Numbered from the stretch's first letter, positions 17,654-27,536 are shown. The stretch: 64,000 bases of DNA from Acidobacteriota bacterium (GCA_963666215.2 CAXWPL010000005.1:1115818-1179817), one strand, 5' to 3'. Notes: generated by a model not told the origin, from the letters alone. Translations and numbers: made by a program.

Positions 17654-18705
17654 GGCTCGAGGACGACCTTCGTGCATCCGTCGAGTTTTTCGTCGAACAT
17701 CCGGTAGGCTTCGGCGCCCTCGGCCAGAGGCAGGCGATGCGAGATCACACGCGTGATGTCGAACGCCCCGCGCTCCGCCTCGAGCACGATCGGCACCAGA
17801 CGCTCCATGTAGGTGCGCGCCGGGCAACGGCCGACCCGGTACGTGAGGTTCTTGTCGTAGGCCTCGGTGGGACCGAAGGCAATCGTTTCGTCGGTGTGCA
17901 CACCCACAACAGCAATCGTTCCGCCCGGCCGTACGAGCTCGATAGCCGTGCGCTCCGCGGCGAAGCTACCGACCGCTTCCATGACCGCGTCGGCGCCGCG
18001 CCCGTCGGTGGCGTGCTGGATCGTTTCGACCACGTTCTCGGCGCGAAAATCAACCGGCACGGCACCCGCCTCCTGCGCCAGCTCGAGTCGCTCCGCAACA
18101 CCGTCGATGGCATAGATGATTTCGGCACCAAGAGTGCGCGCGGCATGGATAGCGAGGATCCCCACCGGCCCGCAGCCGATAACGGCGTGAACACCCTCGG
18201 GCGTCACGCCCGCCATGTCGGCGCAGAAGTAGCCCGTCGAGAACACGTCGCCCAGCAGCAACGCCTGTTCGTTGGAGATGCCGTCGGGAATTGCCGCCAG
18301 AGTGGAGTTGGCCAGGGGAACACGCACGAATTCGGCCTGGCCCCCATGCAGCCCTTGTCCGTCACCAACCCAGCCAAACAGCTGACCGTGCGGACAACGA
18401 CAGGTCAATCCGATGCGGCAGTAGTAGCAGCCGCCACAATTCGTGGTGAAGGGGCTGAAGACTCGATCGCCGATCTGTACCGAGCTCACCTCGGGCCCGG
18501 CCTCGACAATCTCGCCGACGAACTCGTGGCCCATCACGGCGCCATAGTCCAGCCCCTCCTCGCGCTCGTGATACGGATGCAAATCGGAGCCGCAAATCCC
18601 CGCGAGATCGACCTTGACGATGACGTCGGTCGGAGCCTCGAGCGAGGGTTCGGGCACGTCCTCGTGCTCAACTGTGCGGTAGCCGGCAAAGGTGATTGCG
18701 TTCAC
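17650..18705 (-). CDS. zinc-dependent medium-chain alcohol dehydrogenase family protein
   Basis: GICGSDLH, GHEFVGEIVE and a structural-zinc Cys cluster CGGCYYCRIGLTCRC are present, with Rossmann VIGCGPVG. The likely GTG start is at 18705 (the track ORF runs to 18753). Confidence 0.85.
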   Translation of the reverse strand: MNAITFAGYRTVEHEDVPEPSLEAPTDVIVKVDLAGICGSDLHPYHEREEGLDYGAVMGHEFVGEIVEAGPEVSSVQIGDRVFSPFTTNCGGCYYCRIGLTCRCPHGQLFGWVGDGQGLHGGQAEFVRVPLANSTLAAIPDGISNEQALLLGDVFSTGYFCADMAGVTPEGVHAVIGCGPVGILAIHAARTLGAEIIYAIDGVAERLELAQEAGAVPVDFRAENVVETIQHATDGRGADAVMEAVGSFAAERTAIELVRPGGTIAVVGVHTDETIAFGPTEAYDKNLTYRVGRCPARTYMERLVPIVLEAERGAFDITRVISHRLPLAEGAEAYRMFDEKLDGCTKVVLEP

Positions 18706-18869
18706 GCCGGCCGAGTCTAGCAGGCCGTTGTGGAACCGTGGAGGACATGCCACGCCAGCGAGTCAGAACCACAACACACGGCCAATCCCCACGCTACCGA
18801 ATAGAATCTCCCCGCCCGGAATCACCTCGCCGAAAGCGCGCTCAGCGGCCGCCGCCGTGGACGTATGCC

Positions 18870-20063
18870 GTGGGAAACACGCTCGAACTTGCCGAAACCT
18901 CCGCGCACGTCGCCCTGGTTGCTGCGCTCTGCCGCAACGACGAAGCGGCGTTCGTGCGGCAGCTCGACACGGCGCCGCTCAACGAGCCGGCCTTCAACGC
19001 TTTCATCTCCGATCATCAGCTGGCCGGCCTGCTCTGGTGGCGTCTCGAGAGCTCTGCGGCGCGCCAAGGGCTGCCGGCCTCGACGTGGGAGCTGGTGGAG
19101 AACCGCGTGCGCAATCAAGTATGGCGCTCGGGCCGCTGCGCCGAGGAGCTCGCGAGGCTATCGGCCGCCTTCAGCGAAGCCAACGTGGACCTGCTGACGC
19201 TCAAAGGTCTGGCACTCAGCGTGCGATACTACGGCGCCTCCGAACGGCGTCTCTTCTGGGATCTAGACCTGCTGATCCAGCGCGCCGACGTGGCGCACGC
19301 GCTGCGGATCCTGCACGAACACAACTTCATACGCGCGACCACGAGCGGGCTCAGCGACAGCGTCACGACGCGAGTTACACACGCCATGGAGCTGACCGAC
19401 GGGAAGATCCGCATCGACCTGCATTGGACGCTCAACAAACATCCGTCGTTTCGCGTGGATCACGAGGCGGTTTGGGCGAACAGCGAGTCGATCGAGGTCA
19501 ACGGTCAACCGGTGACTGTGCTGTCGCCCGAACATGAGCTCGCCTTCTGTCTGACGTCAGCCGCGGGCGACGTACACCGCCATCGGCTGCGACTGCGCTC
19601 GTTCGTTGATGTGCATCGAATGATCACCGCACGTGGAGCCGAACGCAGCTGGGCCGGGTTTCTCGCGCGCCGAGAACCTGAGAGCACGGCGGGTGTGTGC
19701 GAGGGTGTGCTCAGGCTGTTCTACAGGCTGCTGGAGCCCGCGTCTTCGGTGTCGCTGGACACGGGGACGACGGGCATTGCTGGCGCTGAGGACGGCAGGC
19801 GCATGACGCCGACCACGCAGATTACACGGTTAACAAAGAGGAAGCGGAGCAGGCGCCCATCGCGAGACCACGCGCTGCGGCTGCTCATGCCGTCTGCGCT
19901 CGGGCTCCGGGGCAAGCTCTGGGCCGCTGGTTTGCACGAGGGCGGGCGTGCTCGCTACCTCGCTGGCTGGATGCTCGCGGCACCACTGCGCATCATGGCG
20001 CACGGCCCCGCGGCGACATGGCAACGAATGACGGCTCCTCTGAGGCGACGGCGCAACTCCCGA
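18870..20063 (+). CDS. uncharacterised nucleotidyltransferase (NTP_transf_5-like) family region; the ORF runs on in frame into a regulator remnant
   Basis: The pattern LLTLKGLALSVRYYG...RLFWDLDLLI...IDLHWTL... is characteristic of the family. The start is uncertain (GTG 18870 chosen; the track ORF opens at 18696 and would overlap the divergent ADH start). Confidence 0.6.
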
Positions 20064-20653
20064 GTCGACGTCCGCTTCATCGCCACGAGCAACCGGCCGC
20101 TGTCGGAGCTCGCGTGCGGCCGCGGCCTGCGTCTCGACCTCTTTCACCGGATCGCAGCTTTCGTGATTCACCTGCCGCCGCTGCGCGAGCGGCCTGAAGA
20201 CACCGTCGACTTGACCGCCTACTTCCTGCTTCAACTCGCCAGCCTCCATGGCGCCGAGCGTAAGCTCGCACCGGGGGGGGGATGGACTTACTGCTCCGCC
20301 ACCCGGTGCCCGGCAACGCGCGCGAGTTGCGCAACGTGTTGCTCCGCGCCTACGCCTCGACCGAGGGCAAAACAATCTCGTCGGAGACGCTCGAGCACGC
20401 ATTTCTGCCTGGCTGGGGCCAAGCCGAGCAAGACTTCCGAACAACGTCCAAGAGCAGCGCGCCCCTACGGACGGTCATCCGCGACCATCTTCGACACACT
20501 CTGGCTGTGGCCGACTTCAACCTCTCGAAGGCGGCGCGCATCCTGGAGATTCCGCGAAGCACGCTGCAGCACTACTTGAACAAGTACGAGGTCGACACGA
20601 ATACGGCCGCTGCGAGCCCTGCGCCCGATGTGCGCCTGCGCTCGAGGGGATAA
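20064..20653 (+). pseudogene. C-terminal remnant of a sigma-54 enhancer-binding protein (end of AAA+ domain + Fis-type HTH), frameshifted at a G9 tract
   Basis: VDVRFIATSNRPLSELACGRGLRLDLFHRIAAFVIHLPPLRERPEDTVDLTAYFL is the distal AAA+ region. After the G-run the next frame reads MDLLLRHPVPGNARELRNVLLRA ... FNLSKAARILEIPRSTLQHYLNKYEV. Walker A/B and GAFTGA are absent upstream. Confidence 0.7.
20273..20281. repeat. homopolymeric G9 tract at the frameshift point of the EBP remnant
   Basis: Read directly (CC GGGGGGGGG ATGGAC). A G10 or G7 tract would join the two frames as ...APGG(G)MDLLLRHP. Confidence 0.9.
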
Positions 20654-20655
20654 TT

Positions 20656-20683
20656 TTGATCATCAATCGCCCTTATTGATCAT
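20656..20683. promoter_or_regulatory. direct repeat TTGATCAT x2, 20 bp apart, in an AT-rich spacer upstream of the AraC-type gene
   Basis: TTGATCAT occurs at 20656-20663 and 20676-20683. Each contains the palindrome TGATCA. The surrounding 20654-20760 is conspicuously AT-rich for this genome. Confidence 0.25.
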
Positions 20684-20837
20684 TCTGACGAGCTGACTCT
20701 CGAAAATAGACAGCGTTCCAACGAATTTCTTTCGTAAAAACCGACAATCGGCTGTTGTTAGGGGTAGGACGGGCCTCCAAATCCGTCTGCTCACGCGTCG
20801 GATTCCGGTACACCCGGCGCTCACGCGGCCGCCGCCC

Positions 20838-21281
20838 ATGTTGGGTCCACAACAGCCGACGCCAGTTCTCGAGCGCCAAGGCCATCGGCCGCTCTCCGGA
20901 CGCGAGCTTGCCGCCCGAGCGCGGTCGCACATCCACACGGCGTACGACTCCCCTCTCGGCTGCGACACCGCGATGATCGCCGACGCCCTCCAGGTATCGG
21001 CCTCACACCTCTGCCACCAGTACCGCAAGGCGTACGGAGCCACGATCGGCAACGAGGTCCGGCAGCTGCGCATTGCGCGCGCCAGGAATCTTCTGGCCAC
21101 CACCGACATGCTGATGAAGGAGGTGGCGGCGGCGTGTGGCTACTACAGCAACACCTACCGTACGTTCCACGGCGCCTTCCGGAGCGTAATGAAGATGTCC
21201 CCGCGCGAATACCGGCGTGGAGTTTTCGAAGGGCGGATTCAGCCGGATCATTCGCCCGACCTGCAGTCTCGAGTGAGCTAG
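20838..21281 (+). CDS. AraC/XylS-family HTH protein (DNA-binding domain only)
   Basis: IADALQVSASHLCHQYRKAYGATIGNEVRQLRIARARNLLATTDMLMKEVAAACGYYSNTYRTFHGAFRSVMKMSPREYRR is a complete double-HTH AraC module. It has only about 40 aa of N-terminal extension. Confidence 0.7.
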   Translation: MLGPQQPTPVLERQGHRPLSGRELAARARSHIHTAYDSPLGCDTAMIADALQVSASHLCHQYRKAYGATIGNEVRQLRIARARNLLATTDMLMKEVAAACGYYSNTYRTFHGAFRSVMKMSPREYRRGVFEGRIQPDHSPDLQSRVS

Positions 21282-21309
21282 ATCCGGAACGTCGATCTGC
21301 GCGAGCAAC

Positions 21310-21344
21310 AACGCCGCGCGAGCAACAGCGAGCGACGCGGCGTT
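21310..21344. terminator. hairpin between convergent genes (9-bp stem AACGCCGCG / CGCGGCGTT, 17-nt loop)
   Basis: Read directly. There is no U-tract, so an intrinsic-terminator role is only a guess. Confidence 0.3.
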
Positions 21345-21365
21345 ACACCGGTTGCGCTCTAGCTC

Positions 21366-21743
21366 CTACTCCAGAAGCTGCGACGCCTGGTCGGCATTGG
21401 CAACGGCCAGCACGAAGGCGGCCGCTCCGGGGGTGGGCTCGCTCACGCTGTAGGCGTAGTCGATGTTGATCCCCGCCTCACCGAGGGCGCGCGCGATTTC
21501 CGCCAGATTTCCGGCCTCGTCGGGAACCACCAGCCGCAGCACATCGGCAATCTGGTACCGGAAGCCGTGCCCGTCGAGGATTTCAATCGCGCGGTCGACG
21601 TCGCTCACCAGCAAGTGCGCGATGGAGACCCAAACGCCGAACCCCTCGATATTGACACCGCTCTGTCCGAGCAGCTCAGAAATCGACCCGAGCGTGCCAG
21701 GCTCATCGGCAACTCCAACTCTGAGCTCTCGTGCGGCTGGCAT
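21366..21743 (-). CDS. ACT-domain protein
   Basis: The start MPAARELRVGVADEPGTLGSISELLGQSGVNIEGF is at 21743 (the track ORF is longer). Two ACT-like beta-alpha-beta-beta-alpha-beta halves are present. Confidence 0.7.
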   Translation of the reverse strand: MPAARELRVGVADEPGTLGSISELLGQSGVNIEGFGVWVSIAHLLVSDVDRAIEILDGHGFRYQIADVLRLVVPDEAGNLAEIARALGEAGINIDYAYSVSEPTPGAAAFVLAVANADQASQLLE

Positions 21744-21948
21744 TGCGGCTCCGGGCTGGTCGGCCGCGACGAGACGTCCGCGAGCCGGCGACGTGCAGCG
21801 AATTCGGAGAGTTCGCAGTGGGCCCATGCTATCAGGGCCTCCTGCCCAGCGGCACAGGTAGAAATCGTTGGAGGACGCGAAGAAGCACCCGGACAGCGGA
21901 CAGCAAGAACGCCCCGCTGAGTCCACAGCACAGGCGCGCGTGGCGGAA

Positions 21949-23538
21949 TCAGGCGCCGCCGAGAACCACGTGCGCGGCGTTGCGGCCCGGCAACCCGTTG
22001 AAGCCACCACCGCCGTGGGTCCCACCGCCACACAGAACAACCCCACCAGGGCCGAAGTGGCGAAACATGCCCGGTACCGGCCTCATATAGAGAAGCTGAT
22101 CGAGCGCGAGGTCCGCATGCAACAGCCCACCGCCGGCCAGACCGTAGGTCTCCTTGATCGCCCGAGGGGTCAGGATATCGGTGGCGAGCACACCGTCGGA
22201 AAATCCGGGAGCCAAGCGCTCGAGACGCGTGGTTGCGCTGGAAACCACCTCCTCTTGCAATCGAGCGTCCGCCGCTTCGTCGTCGCGATACGGAACGTGG
22301 TGTACCCATACAGAGACCACATGTCGGCCGTCCGGCGCCAGGCTGGGGTCGGCAACGCTCGGAGCCTGCACCTCGAGGCAACCTTCGGCAGAGAACGAGC
22401 CGTACTTGTGGGCATCCGCGCCGCCCTCGATCGCGTCGATCTCGGCGCCGAGGAGGAGCGTACCGCTCCACCCTGCCCGATCGCTGCCGCGCATGTCGGG
22501 CAGCTCCGAGAGCGCGAAACGTACGTGCGCACTGCAACCGCGCGAGCGTATCTCGCCGAATGACCGCCTCAGCTCAGGGGCGATGTCGCCCTCGAAGAGC
22601 TCGAGCAGCGTGGTACGCGGGTCGAGTGCCGACACCACGACGCCGGCAGAGATCTCCTCGCCACTCTCGAGCCGGATTGCCGTGGCAGAACCCTCGCCGG
22701 GCGCGTCGCTCGAGGTCGGACCCACAAGAATGCCGTCGACGCGAGCCTGGGTGCGAAGCTCAGCGCCGTGTTCAATGCAGGCGGCCGCGAGCGCGTCGAC
22801 CACCGCGCCGGTGCCGCCGATCGCCGGGCGTGGTCCGCGCAACAGGCCGCCGCCACCGCCGGCGGCGCGCTGGTGGAGCAAGCTCAATGCCGTGCCCGGC
22901 GCTCGCGGGCCGAGGTGGCTGGCACGCAGCGCCGAAGCGGCGATGGCACCACGAAGTGCGGGGCTGGAAAAGCGTTCCTCGACGACGTCCGCGATACACA
23001 TGGGAGTCAATCGCAGCGCCGCCCGCATCTCTTCGGTTCCGAGACGCTTGAGCTGCAGCCCGGCGGCGAGCAGAGCGAACACGTCGCCGACGCCGCGAGG
23101 CGGCAGCGGCGCCAGCGGTCGGGACATTACGGGCTCGAGCGCCTCCGTGAGTCGGCGCACGAAATCGTCGGTCTTGATGAGCTCCCTGGCGTCGGACTCG
23201 CTCAGCGGCGTCACCACGGAGCCGCCGTCGGCCTGCAGCTGGGCGCTCAGCTGCTGGCCATCCTCGCCCATCACCGTCAACGGCCCCGTTGGCAGCAGGC
23301 GGAGACCATGAGAGTCGAGCGCCAGCTCCGAGTGGACCCGTGGATGCAGGGTTCCCACGCCGGGCCACACCGCCGAGCAACGGAAGCCGGGGTGGAACTC
23401 GACCGTCTCCGCCGTACCACCGAGACGGTCGCGTGCTTCGAGCACGAGAACCCTGCGACCTGCGCGAGCCAAGTAGGCGGCGCACGCCAACCCGTTGTGC
23501 CCGCCTCCGATGACAACGACGTCGACTCGCGAGCTCAC
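21949..23538 (-). CDS. phytoene-desaturase (CrtI)-like NAD(P)/FAD-dependent oxidoreductase, paralog 1
   Basis: VDVVVIGGGHNGLACAAYLARAGRRVLVLEARDRLGG is the dinucleotide-binding motif. The C-terminus is GGGTHGGGGFNGLPGRNAA. GTG at 23538 overlaps the upstream stop as GTGA. Confidence 0.8.
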   Translation of the reverse strand: MSSRVDVVVIGGGHNGLACAAYLARAGRRVLVLEARDRLGGTAETVEFHPGFRCSAVWPGVGTLHPRVHSELALDSHGLRLLPTGPLTVMGEDGQQLSAQLQADGGSVVTPLSESDARELIKTDDFVRRLTEALEPVMSRPLAPLPPRGVGDVFALLAAGLQLKRLGTEEMRAALRLTPMCIADVVEERFSSPALRGAIAASALRASHLGPRAPGTALSLLHQRAAGGGGGLLRGPRPAIGGTGAVVDALAAACIEHGAELRTQARVDGILVGPTSSDAPGEGSATAIRLESGEEISAGVVVSALDPRTTLLELFEGDIAPELRRSFGEIRSRGCSAHVRFALSELPDMRGSDRAGWSGTLLLGAEIDAIEGGADAHKYGSFSAEGCLEVQAPSVADPSLAPDGRHVVSVWVHHVPYRDDEAADARLQEEVVSSATTRLERLAPGFSDGVLATDILTPRAIKETYGLAGGGLLHADLALDQLLYMRPVPGMFRHFGPGGVVLCGGGTHGGGGFNGLPGRNAAHVVLGGA

Positions 23539-25148
23539 GACACGTCGCCCAAGACAACCTCGGCGGCAAGCTTGCCAGGCGCTCCCATCACGCCGCCGCC
23601 GGGATGTGTTCCCGAACCGCACATGTACAGCCCCGCAACCGGCGTGCGGTAGTCGGCCCAGCCAGCGAGGGGACGCAGGAAGAAGAGCTGCTCCAGCGTG
23701 AGCTCACCGTGGAAGATGTTGCCCTCGGTGAGTCCGAAAGTGCGCTCCAAATCGAGCGGCGTAACCACCTGCCGATGCAGCACGAGCTCGCGGATGTTGG
23801 GCGCCAGCTCGGCGAGCGTATCGAGAACGGCGTCGCCGAGCCCGTCGCGGCAGTCGTCCCAGTGCCCCTCGCGCAGGTCGTACGGGGCGTACTGAACGAA
23901 GCAGGACATTACGTGCTTGCCGGGCGGCGCCATCGAAGGGTCGGCGAGCGTAGGGATCACGACGTCCATATAGGGCCGACGCGAATAGCGACCGTATTTG
24001 GCGTCGTCGTAGGCGCGCTCGAGGTAGTCCACGGAGGGGCTCACCGAGATCGCCCCGCGCAGGTACTCGAGTCGAGGAATGTGCCCCGGCCCGCGCAACC
24101 GTTCGAGGCAGGTGAACTCCGGCAACCCGTCGAGCGCCAAGTTCACCTTGGCTGAGGAGCCACGGATCTTGTAACGAGCCACCTGCTCCAGGAAGTCTTC
24201 GTCGAGATGGTCGGGCCCAACCAAGCTGCCGAACGTGCGTCGCGGGTCGAGGCTGGAAACCACGCAGCCTGCCTGCAGCTCATCGCCGTTCTCGAGCACC
24301 ACGCCAACGGCGCGCCCAGAGCGCACCAGCACGCGATCGACGCTGACCTCGGTGCGTATCTCCGCGCCGAAACCTCGCGCCGAGGACGCGATGGCCTCCG
24401 ACACACTACCCATGCCGCCGCGCGGCAGTCCCCAGGCGCGAAACTGTCCGTCGAGCTCGCCCATGTAGTGGTGCAGCATCACATAGGCGGAGCCCGGAGA
24501 GCGCGGTCCCAAGAAGGTGCCGATGATGCCGCTTGACGCGAGCGTGCCCTTGAGCGCCTCGGTCTCGAACCAGCGATCGACATAGTCGGCCGAGCTCATC
24601 GTCATCAGCTTGGCGAGCTCGTTGAGTTGGCCAGCGCCCTCACGCATGAACGAACGTCCGACCCGGGCGTGACGCGCCAGATTCAGAGGCGATGCAGAGG
24701 TAGCGTCGGGGGGTATGGTCGACATCATCGGTCGCACGGCCTTCGCCATGTGATAGAGCGTGCGGCCGAACTCCCCGTAGGCGTCGGCGTCGAGCGGCGA
24801 GTGACGATGCAGCTCGCGATGCGTCTCAGCGGCATCGTGCCATCGCATCAGATAGTCGCCCTCGGCCATCGGTGTGAGCGTGCCGTTGAGCGGCAGCAGC
24901 TCGAGACCGAACTTCGGCAGGTCGAGGTCGCTGATGATCTCGGGTCGCAGCAGGCTCACGACGTAGGAGCACACCGAGAACTTGAAGCCCGGGTACACCT
25001 CCTCGGTCACCGCGGCGCCGCCCACCAGGTGGCGGCGTTCGAGCACCAGAACAGATCGGCCGGCACGCGCCAGATAGGCGGCGCAGATCAACCCGTTGTG
25101 CCCTCCGCCGACAATGATCGCGTCGTACTTGCGGGTCACGAGTGGCAC
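23535..25148 (-). CDS. phytoene-desaturase (CrtI)-like NAD(P)/FAD-dependent oxidoreductase, paralog 2
   Basis: YDAIIVGGGHNGLICAAYLARAGRSVLVLERRHLVGG is present, with C-terminal GSGTHPGGGVMGAPGKLAA. The start is uncertain (GTG 25148 or 25139, or ATG 25235). Confidence 0.8.
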   Translation of the reverse strand: MPLVTRKYDAIIVGGGHNGLICAAYLARAGRSVLVLERRHLVGGAAVTEEVYPGFKFSVCSYVVSLLRPEIISDLDLPKFGLELLPLNGTLTPMAEGDYLMRWHDAAETHRELHRHSPLDADAYGEFGRTLYHMAKAVRPMMSTIPPDATSASPLNLARHARVGRSFMREGAGQLNELAKLMTMSSADYVDRWFETEALKGTLASSGIIGTFLGPRSPGSAYVMLHHYMGELDGQFRAWGLPRGGMGSVSEAIASSARGFGAEIRTEVSVDRVLVRSGRAVGVVLENGDELQAGCVVSSLDPRRTFGSLVGPDHLDEDFLEQVARYKIRGSSAKVNLALDGLPEFTCLERLRGPGHIPRLEYLRGAISVSPSVDYLERAYDDAKYGRYSRRPYMDVVIPTLADPSMAPPGKHVMSCFVQYAPYDLREGHWDDCRDGLGDAVLDTLAELAPNIRELVLHRQVVTPLDLERTFGLTEGNIFHGELTLEQLFFLRPLAGWADYRTPVAGLYMCGSGTHPGGGVMGAPGKLAAEVVLGDVS

Positions 25149-25305
25149 CGGCGACAGTAGCAGCGGGTCGGATACGTCCCGCGAGGAAGGGCAGCCCTGA
25201 GGGCAGCGAAATAATCGCTTTCGAGGCGGCAGCATCGTACCGTATCGGCCACCTCGTCGCGGCCCGAACAAGGCCGCAGCCTCACTCTGCGAGACTTCAA
25301 AATCG

Positions 25306-26499
25306 ATGGCAATAGGAACTCCCTTTCATCCACGCACTCTGCCTCTGTCGCACGCCATGGACTGGCGACTGTGGTCGGGCTACTACGTCGCCGCCAACTA
25401 CAACGAGTTCCACCATCCCGAGTACGCGGCGATCCGAAACGCCTCGGCGCTCATCGACGTCTCGCCGCTGTTCAAGTACGAGGTCCGAGGACGCGACGCA
25501 CAGCGCCTCGTCGATCGCGTCTTCACACGCGACTTCTCGAAAATCGAGCCTGGGCAGGCTGTCTACACTCCTTGGTGCGACGACGCTGGGCATCTGGTGC
25601 AAGAGGGCACGGTGTTCCGCCTCGAGGACGAGCGCTTTCAGGTCAACGCCGCGGAACCGGCACTCGCCTGGCTGCATCGCAACAGCGTTGGGCTTCGGGC
25701 CGAGATCGAGGACGTCTCCACGCGCATCGCGGCGCTGTCGTTGCAGGGCCCGACGTCGCGTTCGATCCTCGCGGCAGTCACCGATGGCGAGCCCGACGTA
25801 GCGGCGTTGCGCTTCTTCCGCATTCTTCACACGCGCATCGGCAGCACGCCGGTGATGATCTCCCGCACGGGCTACACCGGCGACCTCGGCTACGAGATCT
25901 GGCTCGAAGCCGATTCCGCGCTGCGAGTATGGGATGTGCTCATGGGCGGCGGCAAGGACTATGGGCTCACGCCATGCGGCCTGATGTCGATGGACACGGC
26001 CAGGATCGAAGCTGGATTCATGCTGATCGGGGTCGACTACGTCGGTGCCGAGTACGCGCTCATCGACGCCGACAAGTCGAGCCCGTACGAGCTCGGGCTC
26101 GGATGGTCGATCAAGCTCGACAAGGGACCGTTCGTCGGCCGCCAAGCGCTCGCTCGCGAGCGGCAGGCGGGAAGCGCCTGGTCGTTCGTCGGCCTCGAAA
26201 TCGAGTGGGCGCCGCTGCAAACCATGTATGCACGCGACGGGCTGATGCCTGACCTGCCGCTCGAGCCTTGCCGCGAGCCGGTGCCGATCTACTCCGGCGG
26301 CCGACAGGTCGGCCGTGCCACGACGCGCGTCTGGTCGACGCTGCTGAAGAAGTATCTGGCCCTGGCAACCGTTGAGACACCGTTCGCTGCCCCCGGGACC
26401 CCGCTCGAGATGGAGGTCACGGTGCACTACGAGCGCGAGCGAGCGCCAGCGCAGGTCGCGGCCCTGCCCTTCTTCCGACCCGAGCGCATGCGGGCCTAG
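25306..26499 (+). CDS. aminomethyltransferase (GcvT/glycine-cleavage T) family protein
   Basis: ALIDVSPLFKYEVRGRDA, LSLQGP, RTGYTGDLGYEIW and the C-terminal barrel are present. Confidence 0.85.
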   Translation: MAIGTPFHPRTLPLSHAMDWRLWSGYYVAANYNEFHHPEYAAIRNASALIDVSPLFKYEVRGRDAQRLVDRVFTRDFSKIEPGQAVYTPWCDDAGHLVQEGTVFRLEDERFQVNAAEPALAWLHRNSVGLRAEIEDVSTRIAALSLQGPTSRSILAAVTDGEPDVAALRFFRILHTRIGSTPVMISRTGYTGDLGYEIWLEADSALRVWDVLMGGGKDYGLTPCGLMSMDTARIEAGFMLIGVDYVGAEYALIDADKSSPYELGLGWSIKLDKGPFVGRQALARERQAGSAWSFVGLEIEWAPLQTMYARDGLMPDLPLEPCREPVPIYSGGRQVGRATTRVWSTLLKKYLALATVETPFAAPGTPLEMEVTVHYERERAPAQVAALPFFRPERMRA

Positions 26500-26507
26500 C
26501 GGGGCGC

Positions 26508-26765
26508 ATGCGCGCCTGGAAGAAAACCAACAGGAACGGCCGCGTACGGTTTCAGGTCAAAGTGAACGCCGGCGCCAAGGGCGACAGCGTGCGGATGTTG
26601 GCACCTGGGTACTACCAGGTTCGCACCAGCGCGCCCCCCGAGGGGGGCCACGCCAACCGGCGTGTGCTCGAGCTTCTGGCAAGGGAGCTTGCCTGCGAGG
26701 TTGCCGCGCTGCGTATCGTGCGGGGGGCAAGGAGCGCACTCAAAGAAGTCGAGCGGAGCCCCTGA
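26508..26765 (+). CDS. DUF167 (YggU-like) protein
   Basis: VKVNAGAKGDSV ... SAPPEGGHANRRVLELLARELACEVAALRIVRGARSALKEVE fits the YggU pattern. Confidence 0.75.
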   Translation: MRAWKKTNRNGRVRFQVKVNAGAKGDSVRMLAPGYYQVRTSAPPEGGHANRRVLELLARELACEVAALRIVRGARSALKEVERSP

Positions 26766-26855
26766 CCCCGTCAGCCGTTGACTCCCAGGCGCGCGACCAC
26801 GCGAGTCGGCCGTGGGCCGCGGCCCGGAGCCCGGCGGCTCGCTCGCAGAAGGAGA

Positions 26856-27536
26856 TCAGACGGGAACCGGATGGCGTGCCAATCGGGTCGCCAGCCACAG
26901 GCCCCACGGACCCCACATCAGGTAGCTCAAGCGCGCGGGCACGGCGCCGTCAGGCGCTTGCCAAACCACCTGAAGAGCCAACGCGGCGAGTGCCGCACTG
27001 GCGCAAATGAGCGAAAAGGCGCCCAGAGCGCGCCCGCCGACGAGCACAGAACCGGCCGACGACGCTGGCTGCGGCCGGAACGCAAGATAGCCCCCAACCA
27101 CCAACCACCAGGCCGCCACTGCCGAGACTGCCAGAATCTCGCTCAGCAAGATCGGCCAATCCAGCAGGTCGGCCACCAGCCCGGCGCCTGAGATCAGAAA
27201 GCCCATGGCACCGAGAAGAGCCCAATAGCGCAGATGACGCGCGCGCTGCGGAAGCTCGGAGTTGGCGCCCAGCGCCATCGACGCGCCCGCCAAGGCGAAG
27301 CCCGCGGCGGCGAAGCCCATCCCGACGAGGATTCCCCCACTCCCGCCGAGGTGGAACGGCATCAGCACAGTCGACAGCGCGGCCAGCAGGCCGCCTACGA
27401 GCGCGGCGCGCGCTCCCGGAAGTCCCCACCCCGTGCGCGCGATCGCCGCCTCCGGTTTCCCGCTGGCGCCGAGCGCCTCGATTATCGCGGGATCCGGGCC
27501 CGACGATCTCGAACTGTCGTCGTCTTTGCTTTCCAT
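26856..27536 (-). CDS. hypothetical integral membrane protein
   Basis: 226 aa with about 6 Gly/Ala/Leu-rich hydrophobic helices. I recognise no family. It is the last gene of the minus-strand string that begins at 34406. Confidence 0.55.
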   Translation of the reverse strand: MESKDDDSSRSSGPDPAIIEALGASGKPEAAIARTGWGLPGARAALVGGLLAALSTVLMPFHLGGSGGILVGMGFAAAGFALAGASMALGANSELPQRARHLRYWALLGAMGFLISGAGLVADLLDWPILLSEILAVSAVAAWWLVVGGYLAFRPQPASSAGSVLVGGRALGAFSLICASAALAALALQVVWQAPDGAVPARLSYLMWGPWGLWLATRLARHPVPV

